From positions 1 through 19,142 of the forward strand of contig JBFRWI010000082.1 of NCBI GenBank assembly GCA_051439505.1: a DNA stretch of 19,142 nucleotides, written 5' to 3'. How positions within the stretch are numbered: the first letter of the stretch is position 1; every line of letters begins with the position of its first letter. Made by a program: the position numbers and the translations under genes. This DNA comes from Hormoscilla sp. (GTDB lineage: Bacteria > Cyanobacteriota > Cyanobacteriia > Cyanobacteriales > Desertifilaceae). Positions 8,654 to 16,261 of the stretch are shown here, piece by piece. The notes under the pieces were generated by a model. The model had not been told where the DNA came from. It worked only from the letters and a program-made list of their open reading frames with translations, and did no database searches.

Positions 8654-8956
8654 ATGAAGCAAATTTTGGATCTCGATTACGCGGCCCAGTTGCGAGCATG
8701 TGTGGAACGGGCCAGGGATATCTCAGACAACGCGAAAGCATCTGGAGACTTTGCGCAGCTGTGCGATCGCCTAGCAGCAGAGAACCCCCAAGCAGCGGAG
8801 TTGCTGGAGATTCTCTGGAATGAATTCGTGGCAGCTAACCGGTCAGCTACCTTTTGGCAGCAAATATCTGATGTGGAGAAGAAATTGTCAGAACAGATGG
8901 CCCAAACTAACGTACAATTAAAGCAGAATTACTTGCGGTTGATGCAAGAGCAATAG
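8654..8956 (+). CDS. Hypothetical helical/coiled-coil protein
   Basis: 100-aa ORF with natural composition and a coiled-coil-like C-terminus (QLKQNYLRLMQEQ); divergent from trpS. Confidence 0.8.
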   Translation: MKQILDLDYAAQLRACVERARDISDNAKASGDFAQLCDRLAAENPQAAELLEILWNEFVAANRSATFWQQISDVEKKLSEQMAQTNVQLKQNYLRLMQEQ

Positions 8957-9082
8957 CTTCAAGTTGCTTGGGGTTTTGAGATCTTAAAGGCCATTGTTGA
9001 AAATTGAAAACCAAATCCCAGATCTATGACTCTGACTATTAATATCAAACTTCAACAATTAACAACCTCTGGACCATACGAC

Positions 9083-9142
9083 CGGTGATTGGTGATGTGC
9101 GATCGCGGCACGAAACCACTGCAAATTCATCACCAATCACCG
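9083..9142. terminator. Perfect 15-bp inverted repeat between convergent genes
   Basis: CGGTGATTGGTGATG (9083-9097) pairs with CATCACCAATCACCG (9128-9142); no clear U tract. Confidence 0.5.
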
Positions 9143-9179
9143 CAGGAACCTCCAGCTGCGCTACAGGCGGGACTGCGAC

Positions 9180-9479
9180 CTACTTTTTCTTTTTATCAAA
9201 TTTCGAGGTAGCTTTGTCTACAGCTGAGCTGAGTTCGCCCCACGCACTTTGCATGCCTGACTTGAGGCTTTTCCACGCTTCGCCCTTTGAATCATTCAAT
9301 TCCGCCATCTTCTTCTTGGCAGCATCACGTTTTTCTTTTAATGATTTAATCTGCTGATTTAGCTCCGCTTTGGCATCTCCTCCTGCTTTTTCGGCTTTCC
9401 CTTGCAGCTTGTCAATTTTGGCACCAAGGTCGGCCAGTTTTTTCTCCATTGTCTTCTGGTACTCTTTTTTCTCTTCCAT
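9180..9479 (-). CDS. Lys/Ala-rich coiled-coil protein, sll1863-like stress family
   Basis: Pattern YQK.ME.KL....AKID.L..KA...GEAW..LK.G...AW.EL; GAGGA RBS upstream. The family assignment is from memory. Confidence 0.75.
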   Translation of the reverse strand: MEEKKEYQKTMEKKLADLGAKIDKLQGKAEKAGGDAKAELNQQIKSLKEKRDAAKKKMAELNDSKGEAWKSLKSGMQSAWGELSSAVDKATSKFDKKKK

Positions 9480-9756
9480 TGGTTTTTCCTCTTACTTGCA
9501 GCCTCCAATATCCTCTATTATCTTAAACCCATCGATAACGGGCTGTTGAATATTGTAACGATTCTTTACATTTGCCTGTAGCCCAGAAAACAGGTTTTGG
9601 GGAAAAAACCTATTTGCTCAAGTTTGATTGACATTACTATCCGAGGATTTTAAGCGATCGGCCTCTGGTTTTGGTAGGGGCGATCGCCATTCATCTGACT
9701 CTGAGGCAATTAATGGGAATTGGGATGCTAATTCGTGTGGCGATCGCCTCTATAAT

Positions 9757-10085
9757 TTATGAGTCTATCTCGAAGAGATAACGAGGTAATCCTGACTGGC
9801 GAATAATAGACTGCAAGGTGCCAATCCTTAATTCCTTATAGTTAGGAACTGGAACGGTAACAGTAGATTCCTCGGTTCGTAACTGCATGATAATATGGCT
9901 AAGCTGTCGCGCATTAAAATTGCATCAACAGAAAGGCTGAAACCATTGTTACCAGCCGTTTAAGAAATTTTGAATTTTGAATTTTGAATTTTGAATTGCT
10001 TACCATGCATCCTTACTTCTACAAAGCCATATTCGGACAAAATTCGACAAACTTCCTTTGCCGATAACACCCTTAACTTACCCAA
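9757..10085 (-). pseudogene. hicA: HicA mRNA interferase toxin interrupted by a 99-bp insertion
   Basis: Removing 9902-10000 and one TA restores 75 aa: MGKLRVLSAKEVCRILSEYGFVEVRMHG|SHIIMQLRTEESTVTVPVPNYKELRIGTLQSIIRQSGLPRYLFEIDS. The TTG start overlaps the end of hicB. Confidence 0.9.
9902..10000. mobile_element. 99-bp non-autonomous element, TA target duplication (copy 1)
   Basis: TA|AGCTGTCGCGCATT...(TTTTGAA)n..TTGCT|TA; a homologous inverted copy of the same length is at 18646-18744. Confidence 0.85.
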
Positions 10086-10305
10086 CTTTCACCTCTACTT
10101 GCTCTACAAAAACTTCATTATTTAATCGAGGCGGAATTTCAGAAGCATCGGCAGTCTCAAAAAAAAGTTCTAAAGCTTCAATCAAATTATACCTGGCTTC
10201 GTCAGCCGTATCTCCTTGACTGGCGATGTCTAATTCTGGGCATAAGGATACATATCCAGAACCCTCTCGTTCAATAATTGCTGTTAGCTGTTTTGTTGGT
10301 TTCAT
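10078..10305 (-). CDS. hicB: HicB-family antitoxin (short form, no DNA-binding domain)
   Basis: TAIIEREGSGYVSLCPELDIASQGDTADEARYNLIEALELF; an alternative start is at 10317. Confidence 0.9.
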   Translation of the reverse strand: MKPTKQLTAIIEREGSGYVSLCPELDIASQGDTADEARYNLIEALELFFETADASEIPPRLNNEVFVEQVEVKVG

Positions 10306-10501
10306 TGTAGCATGCAATCGCTAGATTAATCTTTATTACTCTAGTATAGCAGGTAGCAGATAAATTGGGAATTAAGAATTCAGTTTTTTCTCAAAGACCT
10401 GGTTGATGGGCTAAGTTATCCTCCCAAAGTTATGGCTACCCGCAGATTGAGAAACCAGGCAACTTGGGCGAAACCCGGTTTCTGGGCCAATTTTATTTCA
10501 A

Positions 10502-10711
10502 CTAATGGGGGCAGCAATATTGGCCATCTTCTGTTATGCAGGTTGGGCAAGTTTCCTTTTTATCCTCGGATTTTATTTCTATTCCTGTTACAGACCTCGT
10601 GCTATATTCTTGAGGTCGGGCGATCGCCCCCGATTGTGAGACTGCCGCTAAACTGATTGTTAAGGCGGGAAAAAGTGCGATCGCATAGCCAATTATTGCA
10701 GTAGAATGCAT
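10502..10711 (-). CDS. Small secreted peptide with Cys-rich C-terminus
   Basis: AGGAGG RBS spaced for ATG 10711 (alternative 10717), a hydrophobic signal-like N-terminus, and the tail CPTCITEDGQYCCPH. Confidence 0.6.
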   Translation of the reverse strand: MHSTAIIGYAIALFPALTISLAAVSQSGAIARPQEYSTRSVTGIEIKSEDKKETCPTCITEDGQYCCPH

Positions 10712-10750
10712 TACCATTACCTCCTGAATCTGTAATTAGGCAAACAGCAG

Positions 10751-11089
10751 CTAATGGCTGAGTAGCAAAACACTGGCGATCGCCAAACCCAGGCCCAGGT
10801 AACCGGAAGGGGACAAAGTTTGCTGGTGCAGGATAAAAATCCCCAGCAGATTACTCATAATAATACCCAGACAGCCCGTGAGAGCAGAAACGCGACCGAG
10901 TTCAGTAGCAGACCACAAGTAAAATTGCCCGGCAATGCCGATAAAGCGGGTGATCGTGAAAAGCCAAAACCAAGGGCGATCGACGCTATGGGCAGTAAAT
11001 CCCACGGTTTTGAGATAGTCTACAGCAGGAATTTCGCCAAGCAAAAACGTGGCTTCAGTTAAGATCGCTACCAGTAAAACTTTAGACAT
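10751..11089 (-). CDS. Small multi-TM membrane protein, SMR/DMT-like
   Basis: 112 aa with about four hydrophobic segments. The C-terminal pattern LLGIFILHQQTLS...YLGLGLAIASVLLL resembles SMR TM3-TM4. Confidence 0.65.
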   Translation of the reverse strand: MSKVLLVAILTEATFLLGEIPAVDYLKTVGFTAHSVDRPWFWLFTITRFIGIAGQFYLWSATELGRVSALTGCLGIIMSNLLGIFILHQQTLSPSGYLGLGLAIASVLLLSH

Positions 11090-11141
11090 GATCTATTTTT
11101 GGGCTTGATAATATTGAGGATATTTATAAGCTTCGTCACCA

Positions 11142-11251
11142 CGCCCGAACCCGCCCGAACCCGCCCGAACACGCCGCCCGAACCCTAAAGGGTCGGGCTA
11201 CATGAACAAAGCCCGCCTGCGCGGGCTAGATTCCAAAAGTGAGATGCACCC
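11142..11251. repeat. 10-bp tandem (CGCCCGAACC) running into a composite REP-like element (copy 1)
   Basis: GCCCGAACCCTAAAGGGTCGGGCTAC..AACAAAGCCCGCCTGCGCGGGCTAGAT..AAAAGTGAGATGCAC; inverted copies at 13896-13958 and 14156-14220. Confidence 0.85.
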
Positions 11252-11262
11252 GCAGAGTTTAC

Positions 11263-11292
11263 CCATTCCCTACTGCTAGCAGCAGGGAATGG
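11263..11292. terminator. Hairpin downstream of the 11407-11727 gene
   Basis: CCATTCCCT-ACTGCTAGCAGC-AGGGAATGG; weak U tract. Confidence 0.4.
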
Positions 11293-11406
11293 CAAGTTTC
11301 AATTAGCGATCGAGGTCCTATTCATTGTGAAAATATAATTCATCCTCCACCTTTCAACGTACTGGTATGGGGAAAGAAGAGGCCGATCGCCAACTAACCA
11401 GTGATT

Positions 11407-11727
11407 TTAATTGGCTTCAAAGCACTTCCAAGAGTAGGGATCGCTCGGATTGGTTGCGCGGGAATAGGCCCGTTGGTTGTTGTACTGTATTTTACAGGCA
11501 TTATCCATTGAGATGCTAACTTTGTCCTGTCCTAACTGACAACGCCATCCCCAAGCGTTGTTTTGGACTAAGACTGCTCGGGCCCTCGGGTTGTTAAAGC
11601 GATTCTGACAATATTTGTTCAGGTTAACACCGCCAAGCTCTCGGGCTTCTGCGGTCAAAGCGTAAGTCAGGGATCCGAGGGCGAAAGTTACGGCTGCTAG
11701 CCATTGTTTTACTTTTACAGGTTTCAT
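11407..11727 (-). CDS. Secreted protein with two tandem Cys-pair repeats
   Basis: Signal peptide ending AEA and an AGGAG RBS. The repeats are VNLNKYCQNRFNNPRARAVLVQNNAWGWRC and ISMDNACKIQYNNQRAYSRATNPSDPYSWKC. Confidence 0.85.
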   Translation of the reverse strand: MKPVKVKQWLAAVTFALGSLTYALTAEARELGGVNLNKYCQNRFNNPRARAVLVQNNAWGWRCQLGQDKVSISMDNACKIQYNNQRAYSRATNPSDPYSWKCFEAN

Positions 11728-11862
11728 TTTTGAACTCCTTTAACGTGAAAAATTTATCGAGATGGAAAACTTGCGCAGGCGGGATCTGTCTGTGTAGTCG
11801 TTGGTAGGATTGACATAGAAACCGCCGATATGTTGACAAAAAATGGAAAAATGCCCAACACT

Positions 11863-13731
11863 TCAATTGAGATTTTGCTTGCGCTTCAGCATTGAGACCG
11901 TACCCAAGGCACCAACAGCCAATAAGCCTAACAGGGAACTGGGTTCGGGAACGGACTGAGGTTCTTCATCAAAGGGTCGCATCCGGAAACTACCTGTGAA
12001 ATCGTTGAAAGCTAACTTAATCGGAAAAGCGGTAGGACTATTCGGATCGATCGAGCCATCAATGCCAGTGACGCTAAAGCTGGAAACGCCGCTACCAAAA
12101 TCAACAGTCTCACCAGGACTGAACTCACCCAGTAGGGTATCTCCTACCCAGACACCGAAGGAGTTATCTGCATCAATACCGGTGGGCAAGTCAAGGATGC
12201 TGGTGAACAGGGTATCTCCTATAGCCTCAAATTCAAAGCCGTAATTAGTGGGCGGGTCGAACCATAGACCGCTAACCCCATCGATAAAGACCTGCCAATC
12301 ATCTTCAGTAAAATCTGCCATTTTTGGGAGATCCTGATTCCAGCCTGCACTGGTCGGGGAAAGAGGTTCTAAACCTTTAGCTACCAAACCTGCATTAACG
12401 ATGAACTTAGCTAGCTGTCCCCTGGTAACATTCTCGTCGGGATGGTATGTGCCATCTGGAAAACCGTCGATTATCCCTTCAGATTTTAAGATGTCAATTT
12501 GCGATGCAAAAACATGGTCGCAAGGGATATCCACAAAAACACTCTCACGACTCTGATTATTATTACAATATGGCGGATAAGGACGTTCAATCTCAGAATC
12601 AGTGATTGCGGCAGCCCCGTTCACGACAAACTTAGCCATCTGTCCCCTGGTAACATTCTCGTCGGGATGGTATGTGCCATCAGGGAAACCGTTAACTATC
12701 TGTAAGTCCCTTAACATGTGAATGTAGGAGAAAAAGTCATCTTCAAGAGGAACATCAGGAAAATATGGACCTGCAGAAGTAAATTGTGGCAAGTTAAATC
12801 CATTGACGATAAACTTGGACATGTGCCTTCTGGAAACGGGCTCGTTAGGTCTGTATGTGCCATCTTCATAACCGTCAATCACCTCCCAGTCTTTGAGAAG
12901 GTTAATGTACCCTGCAAAAGGGTGACTGTCCGGGACATCAGAAAAGTAGTATCCTGGTTCTGGCTGCATCTCCCAAAAAGTTTTGAGCGGGTTGAAGTTC
13001 ACCTCACGGAAATATTTTTTGTCCAGATTGTATCCTTCTCCTTTTTCTATATCGATTCCTTGCAAGGCACCCCAAAGATTATTGGTAGAAACTTCATAGT
13101 GCAGATGAGGAGCCACACCACCTTTACTGCCTGTTTTTCCAAGAAAATTTGGTTGTTCTTGCTCTTCTTGCCGTGTTGTTACTGACTGATCTTTGGAGAC
13201 ATAAATCTCATCTAGATGCTTGTAAATATGGTATCGTCCCTCACTGTCCTTGATCGATACAATTCCCAAGTTTTCTTGGACATATTCAACTGTTCCATCA
13301 ACAATGCTGTAAACAGGTCGCGGTGCGTCGCGAATCGCATCCCCACCAATGTCTATCCCACCATGATATCCATATTTTCCAAAATCTGTTTCCCAGGAAT
13401 TGCGATAATCATCAGCAATATAAGCCCCCTTCAATGGAGTTTCAAATGAAACTTCTCCAAACACGGCAAGAGAAAAATCTTGATATAATTGACCAATTTC
13501 AGAATTGGGGTTGTCGTTTATCCAGTTCAAATCAGCAGCACTGTTGATTGCATCTTCCCAATCTTCATCAGTCCAATCACTTAACTTTCCACTTAACTCT
13601 ACAGCGGCTGCGGTCTGATTGTAGGAAGTTAACGTGACAGCTAAAGTTGGTACTCCTAAGAGTATAAGTGCTGAAGTAGCACTGCTAGCAGCTTTTCCCA
13701 TCCATTGGTCGAAATTATTTGTAGATGACAT
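11863..13731 (-). CDS. M23 metallopeptidase + 3 SLH domains + PEP-CTERM sorting signal
   Basis: M23 motifs YHGGIDIG, YKHL and PHLHYEV; three F.D(V/I)P...G(Y/F).DGTY.P.E.V(S/T)R units; VPEPSSLLGLLAVGALGTVSMLKRK. The start is placed at 13731 (MSSTNN) because of the AGGAGG RBS. Confidence 0.92.
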   Translation of the reverse strand: MSSTNNFDQWMGKAASSATSALILLGVPTLAVTLTSYNQTAAAVELSGKLSDWTDEDWEDAINSAADLNWINDNPNSEIGQLYQDFSLAVFGEVSFETPLKGAYIADDYRNSWETDFGKYGYHGGIDIGGDAIRDAPRPVYSIVDGTVEYVQENLGIVSIKDSEGRYHIYKHLDEIYVSKDQSVTTRQEEQEQPNFLGKTGSKGGVAPHLHYEVSTNNLWGALQGIDIEKGEGYNLDKKYFREVNFNPLKTFWEMQPEPGYYFSDVPDSHPFAGYINLLKDWEVIDGYEDGTYRPNEPVSRRHMSKFIVNGFNLPQFTSAGPYFPDVPLEDDFFSYIHMLRDLQIVNGFPDGTYHPDENVTRGQMAKFVVNGAAAITDSEIERPYPPYCNNNQSRESVFVDIPCDHVFASQIDILKSEGIIDGFPDGTYHPDENVTRGQLAKFIVNAGLVAKGLEPLSPTSAGWNQDLPKMADFTEDDWQVFIDGVSGLWFDPPTNYGFEFEAIGDTLFTSILDLPTGIDADNSFGVWVGDTLLGEFSPGETVDFGSGVSSFSVTGIDGSIDPNSPTAFPIKLAFNDFTGSFRMRPFDEEPQSVPEPSSLLGLLAVGALGTVSMLKRKQNLN

Positions 13732-13895
13732 ATTATGCCTCCTTTTTTTGGAATCCACAATACATTCTGTTGCGCGGATCGCACCGGCACTAGGCAAACC
13801 GATCGCGCGACCTAACTAATATCTCCAGCCGAACCATAAACCAGCAACAACCAGTAATCAAGTGGCAGGTTGCTTGTTCATATTAAAGCTAGAGT

Positions 13896-13958
13896 GTGCA
13901 TCTCACTTTTCTCATCTAGCCCGCGCAGGCGGGCTTTGTTCCTGTAGCCGGACCCTTT
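13896..13958. repeat. Composite REP-like element copy 2 (interrupted by the MITE)
   Basis: Reverse complement of copy 1; it resumes at 14119. Confidence 0.8.
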
Positions 13959-14118
13959 GGGTGTGGTCAAAAGTAGTTGATAGTCATTTGCTGCCGATAA
14001 CTGTAGGGGCGAAGCATTCGGGGGACCAATTATGACATAAATTGACAGATATCCTCTCCGAATGCTTCGCCCTGCCCCCGCGAGGTCTTCGGTGTACCAA
14101 CTGTTTTTGACCACACCC
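13959..14118. mobile_element. 160-bp MITE with 21-bp TIRs and 9-bp target-site duplication
   Basis: The TIRs are GGGTGTGGTCAAAAGTAGTTG and CAACTGTTTTTGACCACACCC (19/21 match). GGACCCTTT flanks it at 13950-13958 and 14119-14127. An internal 15-bp IR spans 14007-14021/14058-14072. Confidence 0.88.
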
Positions 14119-14155
14119 GGACCCTTTAGGGTACCGTTCCGGAAAAATCGGGCGG

Positions 14156-14256
14156 CTTTTCTCATCTAGCCCGCGCAGGCGGGCTTTGTACCTGTAGCTG
14201 GGCCCTTTAGGGTTCGGGCGGGGGAGGTCAAGTACCAACTGTTTTTGACCACACCC
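14156..14256. repeat. Composite REP-like element copy 3 plus an orphan MITE right end
   Basis: CTCATCTAGCCCGCGCAGGCGGGCTTTGT...CCCTTTAGGGTTCGGGCG; TIR copy at 14236-14256. Confidence 0.8.
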
Positions 14257-14338
14257 CTTCGCCCGTGCCCCTCGTGAGATGCATTCTTAACCCCTCGTTC
14301 CCACGGATCTGCCTGGGAACGGGTGACAGCGACTCAAC

Positions 14339-15937
14339 TTATCCACGGGAAAACCAATAGGTTTGCAAAGGACTGCGGGTGGCGCGTTTGATAAAGTCCT
14401 TATTATAATGGGCACCTCCAGTTCCTCCAAAACCATCGGGAGTGCGAGTCTCGAAATGCAAGTGATTGTCTGCATTGATTCGGCCTAGATACGTTTCCGT
14501 ATCGATCCTGTCTCCCCGAGAGAGACTGGGATTCAGATTTAAATGACCGTAAACCCATTGGGATAAACCAGTTTGGCTAGTAACGCCAATGAAACCAGAA
14601 TCGATCCAAGCAACTGTTCCCGGAGCTACTGCTTCTACCCGCGTCCCTGTTGTGGCACCAATGTCGATTCCCGCGTGCCACTCTTTGATACCATCATTGT
14701 CGGGATCGCCGTTATAATAGCCTGGGTCCATATAGCCCGCCGTCATGGGAAATCGCTCTCCCCGTCCGAAAAGATCGTAATTCAGATCGGTGTAAATTTG
14801 CTCTACTTCGCGGCTGGTTAAATTATGATCGCGATAGTAGTCAGGCCACCCATAATCGAAGCCAGTATTGTCACTGGTTTGCCGGTCCCAATCATCGTCA
14901 CTCAAGGAAGTCAGTTCCGGAAAGTAGTTTTTGTCGAAAGAATCCCCCGAGACGTTTTCCCAAGAGACATCGAAGTAAGCATCCCCATCCCGTTCGCGGA
15001 AGTATGCTAATACCCAATGATCGCCGTCAGAGGTAGGCGTGAACTCAATCGTTTTGCCTCCGTAAGCATCTTCGTTAAACTTCCATTCTGTGATGTAAGA
15101 CCAATTGCCTCCATTCACCGGTCGAGTAGCTAGGGCATAACCGTCGTCGGCGCGGAATTGGAACCTGTAAGTATCTCCGGCTTCAAACTCGGTTTGCGTC
15201 CACATTTCGAGCATGAAAAAGTCATCGGGAATGCGGGAATTGGGACTGCCCCGTCCCCAATCAGCGGAAAAACCTTGTTTGCCGTCGCTGCGGGTATTGG
15301 AGTAGCTCAAGTTGGCTAAACGCGAGCCAGTATTGGCATTTGAAGCCCGGACAGACCAATTATTGCTATAAAAATTGGCTTGCTCGACGGAAATGACTTG
15401 TTCGTCAAGGAGAACGGTGCCCCGATCGTCCTCTGACTGAATGCGCAGTTGTTCGGCCTCGCTGACAGAGAAATCCAAAACAGCATTTCGGAATGCCTCG
15501 CCTTCATCACCAGGAGTATCTGCACCTGGGTTCAGCAGCTCATCGATCCGGTGACCAACTTCCTCAATCACGACCTCCGCGAGTAAGTCTACCGGTCCGG
15601 AACCTGTCACTAAAGATTGAGCCAAGTAGATCGCATCTTGTGCGCTAGCATAAGCGCCCTGGGCTCCGTTCATGGCCTCATCGGGCACAATTTTAATTCC
15701 AGAAAGCAAGCCAGTATCTCCCTGGGACATGTCAGACAACAGGTTTTGGATCGCCACAGGATCGCGAACCCCATAAATTTGCTCCATGTCAGATTGAGCG
15801 GAGCCAGAACCGGCAAATTTGTTGAGCTGATTCTCGACTTCTCCTAACACCGGAGACAAAACGGCATTATCGACTAGGGAATCACCGGCAGCATCCAAGG
15901 AACTGTTGTCCGCCATAGAAATATTGTCGTCAAACAT
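14339..15937 (-). CDS. Acidic multidomain protein: EExGH domain + PA14-like domain + M23 metallopeptidase
   Basis: The N-terminal domain reads GAQGAYA..AIYL..IEEVGHRID..DTPGDEG. The PA14-like part reads WGRGSP..YRFQFRADDG..YFRERDGDAYFDVSW. M23 motifs are WHAGIDIG, YGHL and NHLHFET. It has a GAGGT RBS and no evident Sec signal. Confidence 0.88.
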   Translation of the reverse strand: MFDDNISMADNSSLDAAGDSLVDNAVLSPVLGEVENQLNKFAGSGSAQSDMEQIYGVRDPVAIQNLLSDMSQGDTGLLSGIKIVPDEAMNGAQGAYASAQDAIYLAQSLVTGSGPVDLLAEVVIEEVGHRIDELLNPGADTPGDEGEAFRNAVLDFSVSEAEQLRIQSEDDRGTVLLDEQVISVEQANFYSNNWSVRASNANTGSRLANLSYSNTRSDGKQGFSADWGRGSPNSRIPDDFFMLEMWTQTEFEAGDTYRFQFRADDGYALATRPVNGGNWSYITEWKFNEDAYGGKTIEFTPTSDGDHWVLAYFRERDGDAYFDVSWENVSGDSFDKNYFPELTSLSDDDWDRQTSDNTGFDYGWPDYYRDHNLTSREVEQIYTDLNYDLFGRGERFPMTAGYMDPGYYNGDPDNDGIKEWHAGIDIGATTGTRVEAVAPGTVAWIDSGFIGVTSQTGLSQWVYGHLNLNPSLSRGDRIDTETYLGRINADNHLHFETRTPDGFGGTGGAHYNKDFIKRATRSPLQTYWFSRG

Positions 15938-15966
15938 GAGATTACCTCATTGAAGCTAGATGTCTA

Positions 15967-15998
15967 TGAGAGCGAATCTCGGATGTGATTTGCGCTCA
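15967..15998. promoter_or_regulatory. Imperfect inverted repeat 30 bp upstream of the PA14-M23 gene
   Basis: TGAGAGCGAATC-TCGGATGT-GATTTGCGCTCA. Confidence 0.45.
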
Positions 15999-16033
15999 CA
16001 TTTCAATGTTGGCACCTCGTTCCTGGATTGCCT

Positions 16034-16184
16034 AGATCAAAAATAGTTAAAATCTTAGATCATTCTTAGATCAGTTCAGAACGATCTCAAAATAGATCAC
16101 TTTTCAGATCATTCTCAGATCATTTCAGATCTGGATCTCAAACTAGATCAATTCTCAGATCATTCTCAGATCATTCCTAGATCA
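16034..16184. repeat. Phased AGATC(A) box array, putative operator
   Basis: AGATC at 16034, 16057, 16068, 16094, 16106, 16117, 16127, 16145, 16157, 16168 and 16179, plus GATC at 16083 and 16134. Three ~48-51-bp units are visible. Confidence 0.9.
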
Positions 16185-16261
16185 CCTTAAAAAAACTTGG
16201 TCACAGGTGGGAAATTGGTGCTATAAACGATTTATGCTAGATTGAGCAAGAGATAAGAACG

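Noticed and set aside
9553..9570. NtcA site upstream of the coiled-coil gene (TGTAACGATTCTTTACA)
   Set aside because: The spacing is GTA-N9-TAC rather than the canonical N8.
13732..13797. 22-codon N-terminal extension of the M23-SLH ORF
   Set aside because: The AGGAGG RBS lies directly before ATG 13731, and the extension would displace the signal-like segment.
13878..14475. ORFs 13878-14165, 13984-14238 and 14287-14475
   Set aside because: They run through REP/MITE repeats (both of the first two contain the repeat-derived KARLRGLDEKS) or overlap the M23 gene out of frame.
16034..16184. CRISPR array or chromosomal oriC
   Set aside because: The units are ~11 bp with no unique spacers and there are no cas genes. 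No DnaA boxes (TTATCCACA), dnaA or rep gene were seen next to it.
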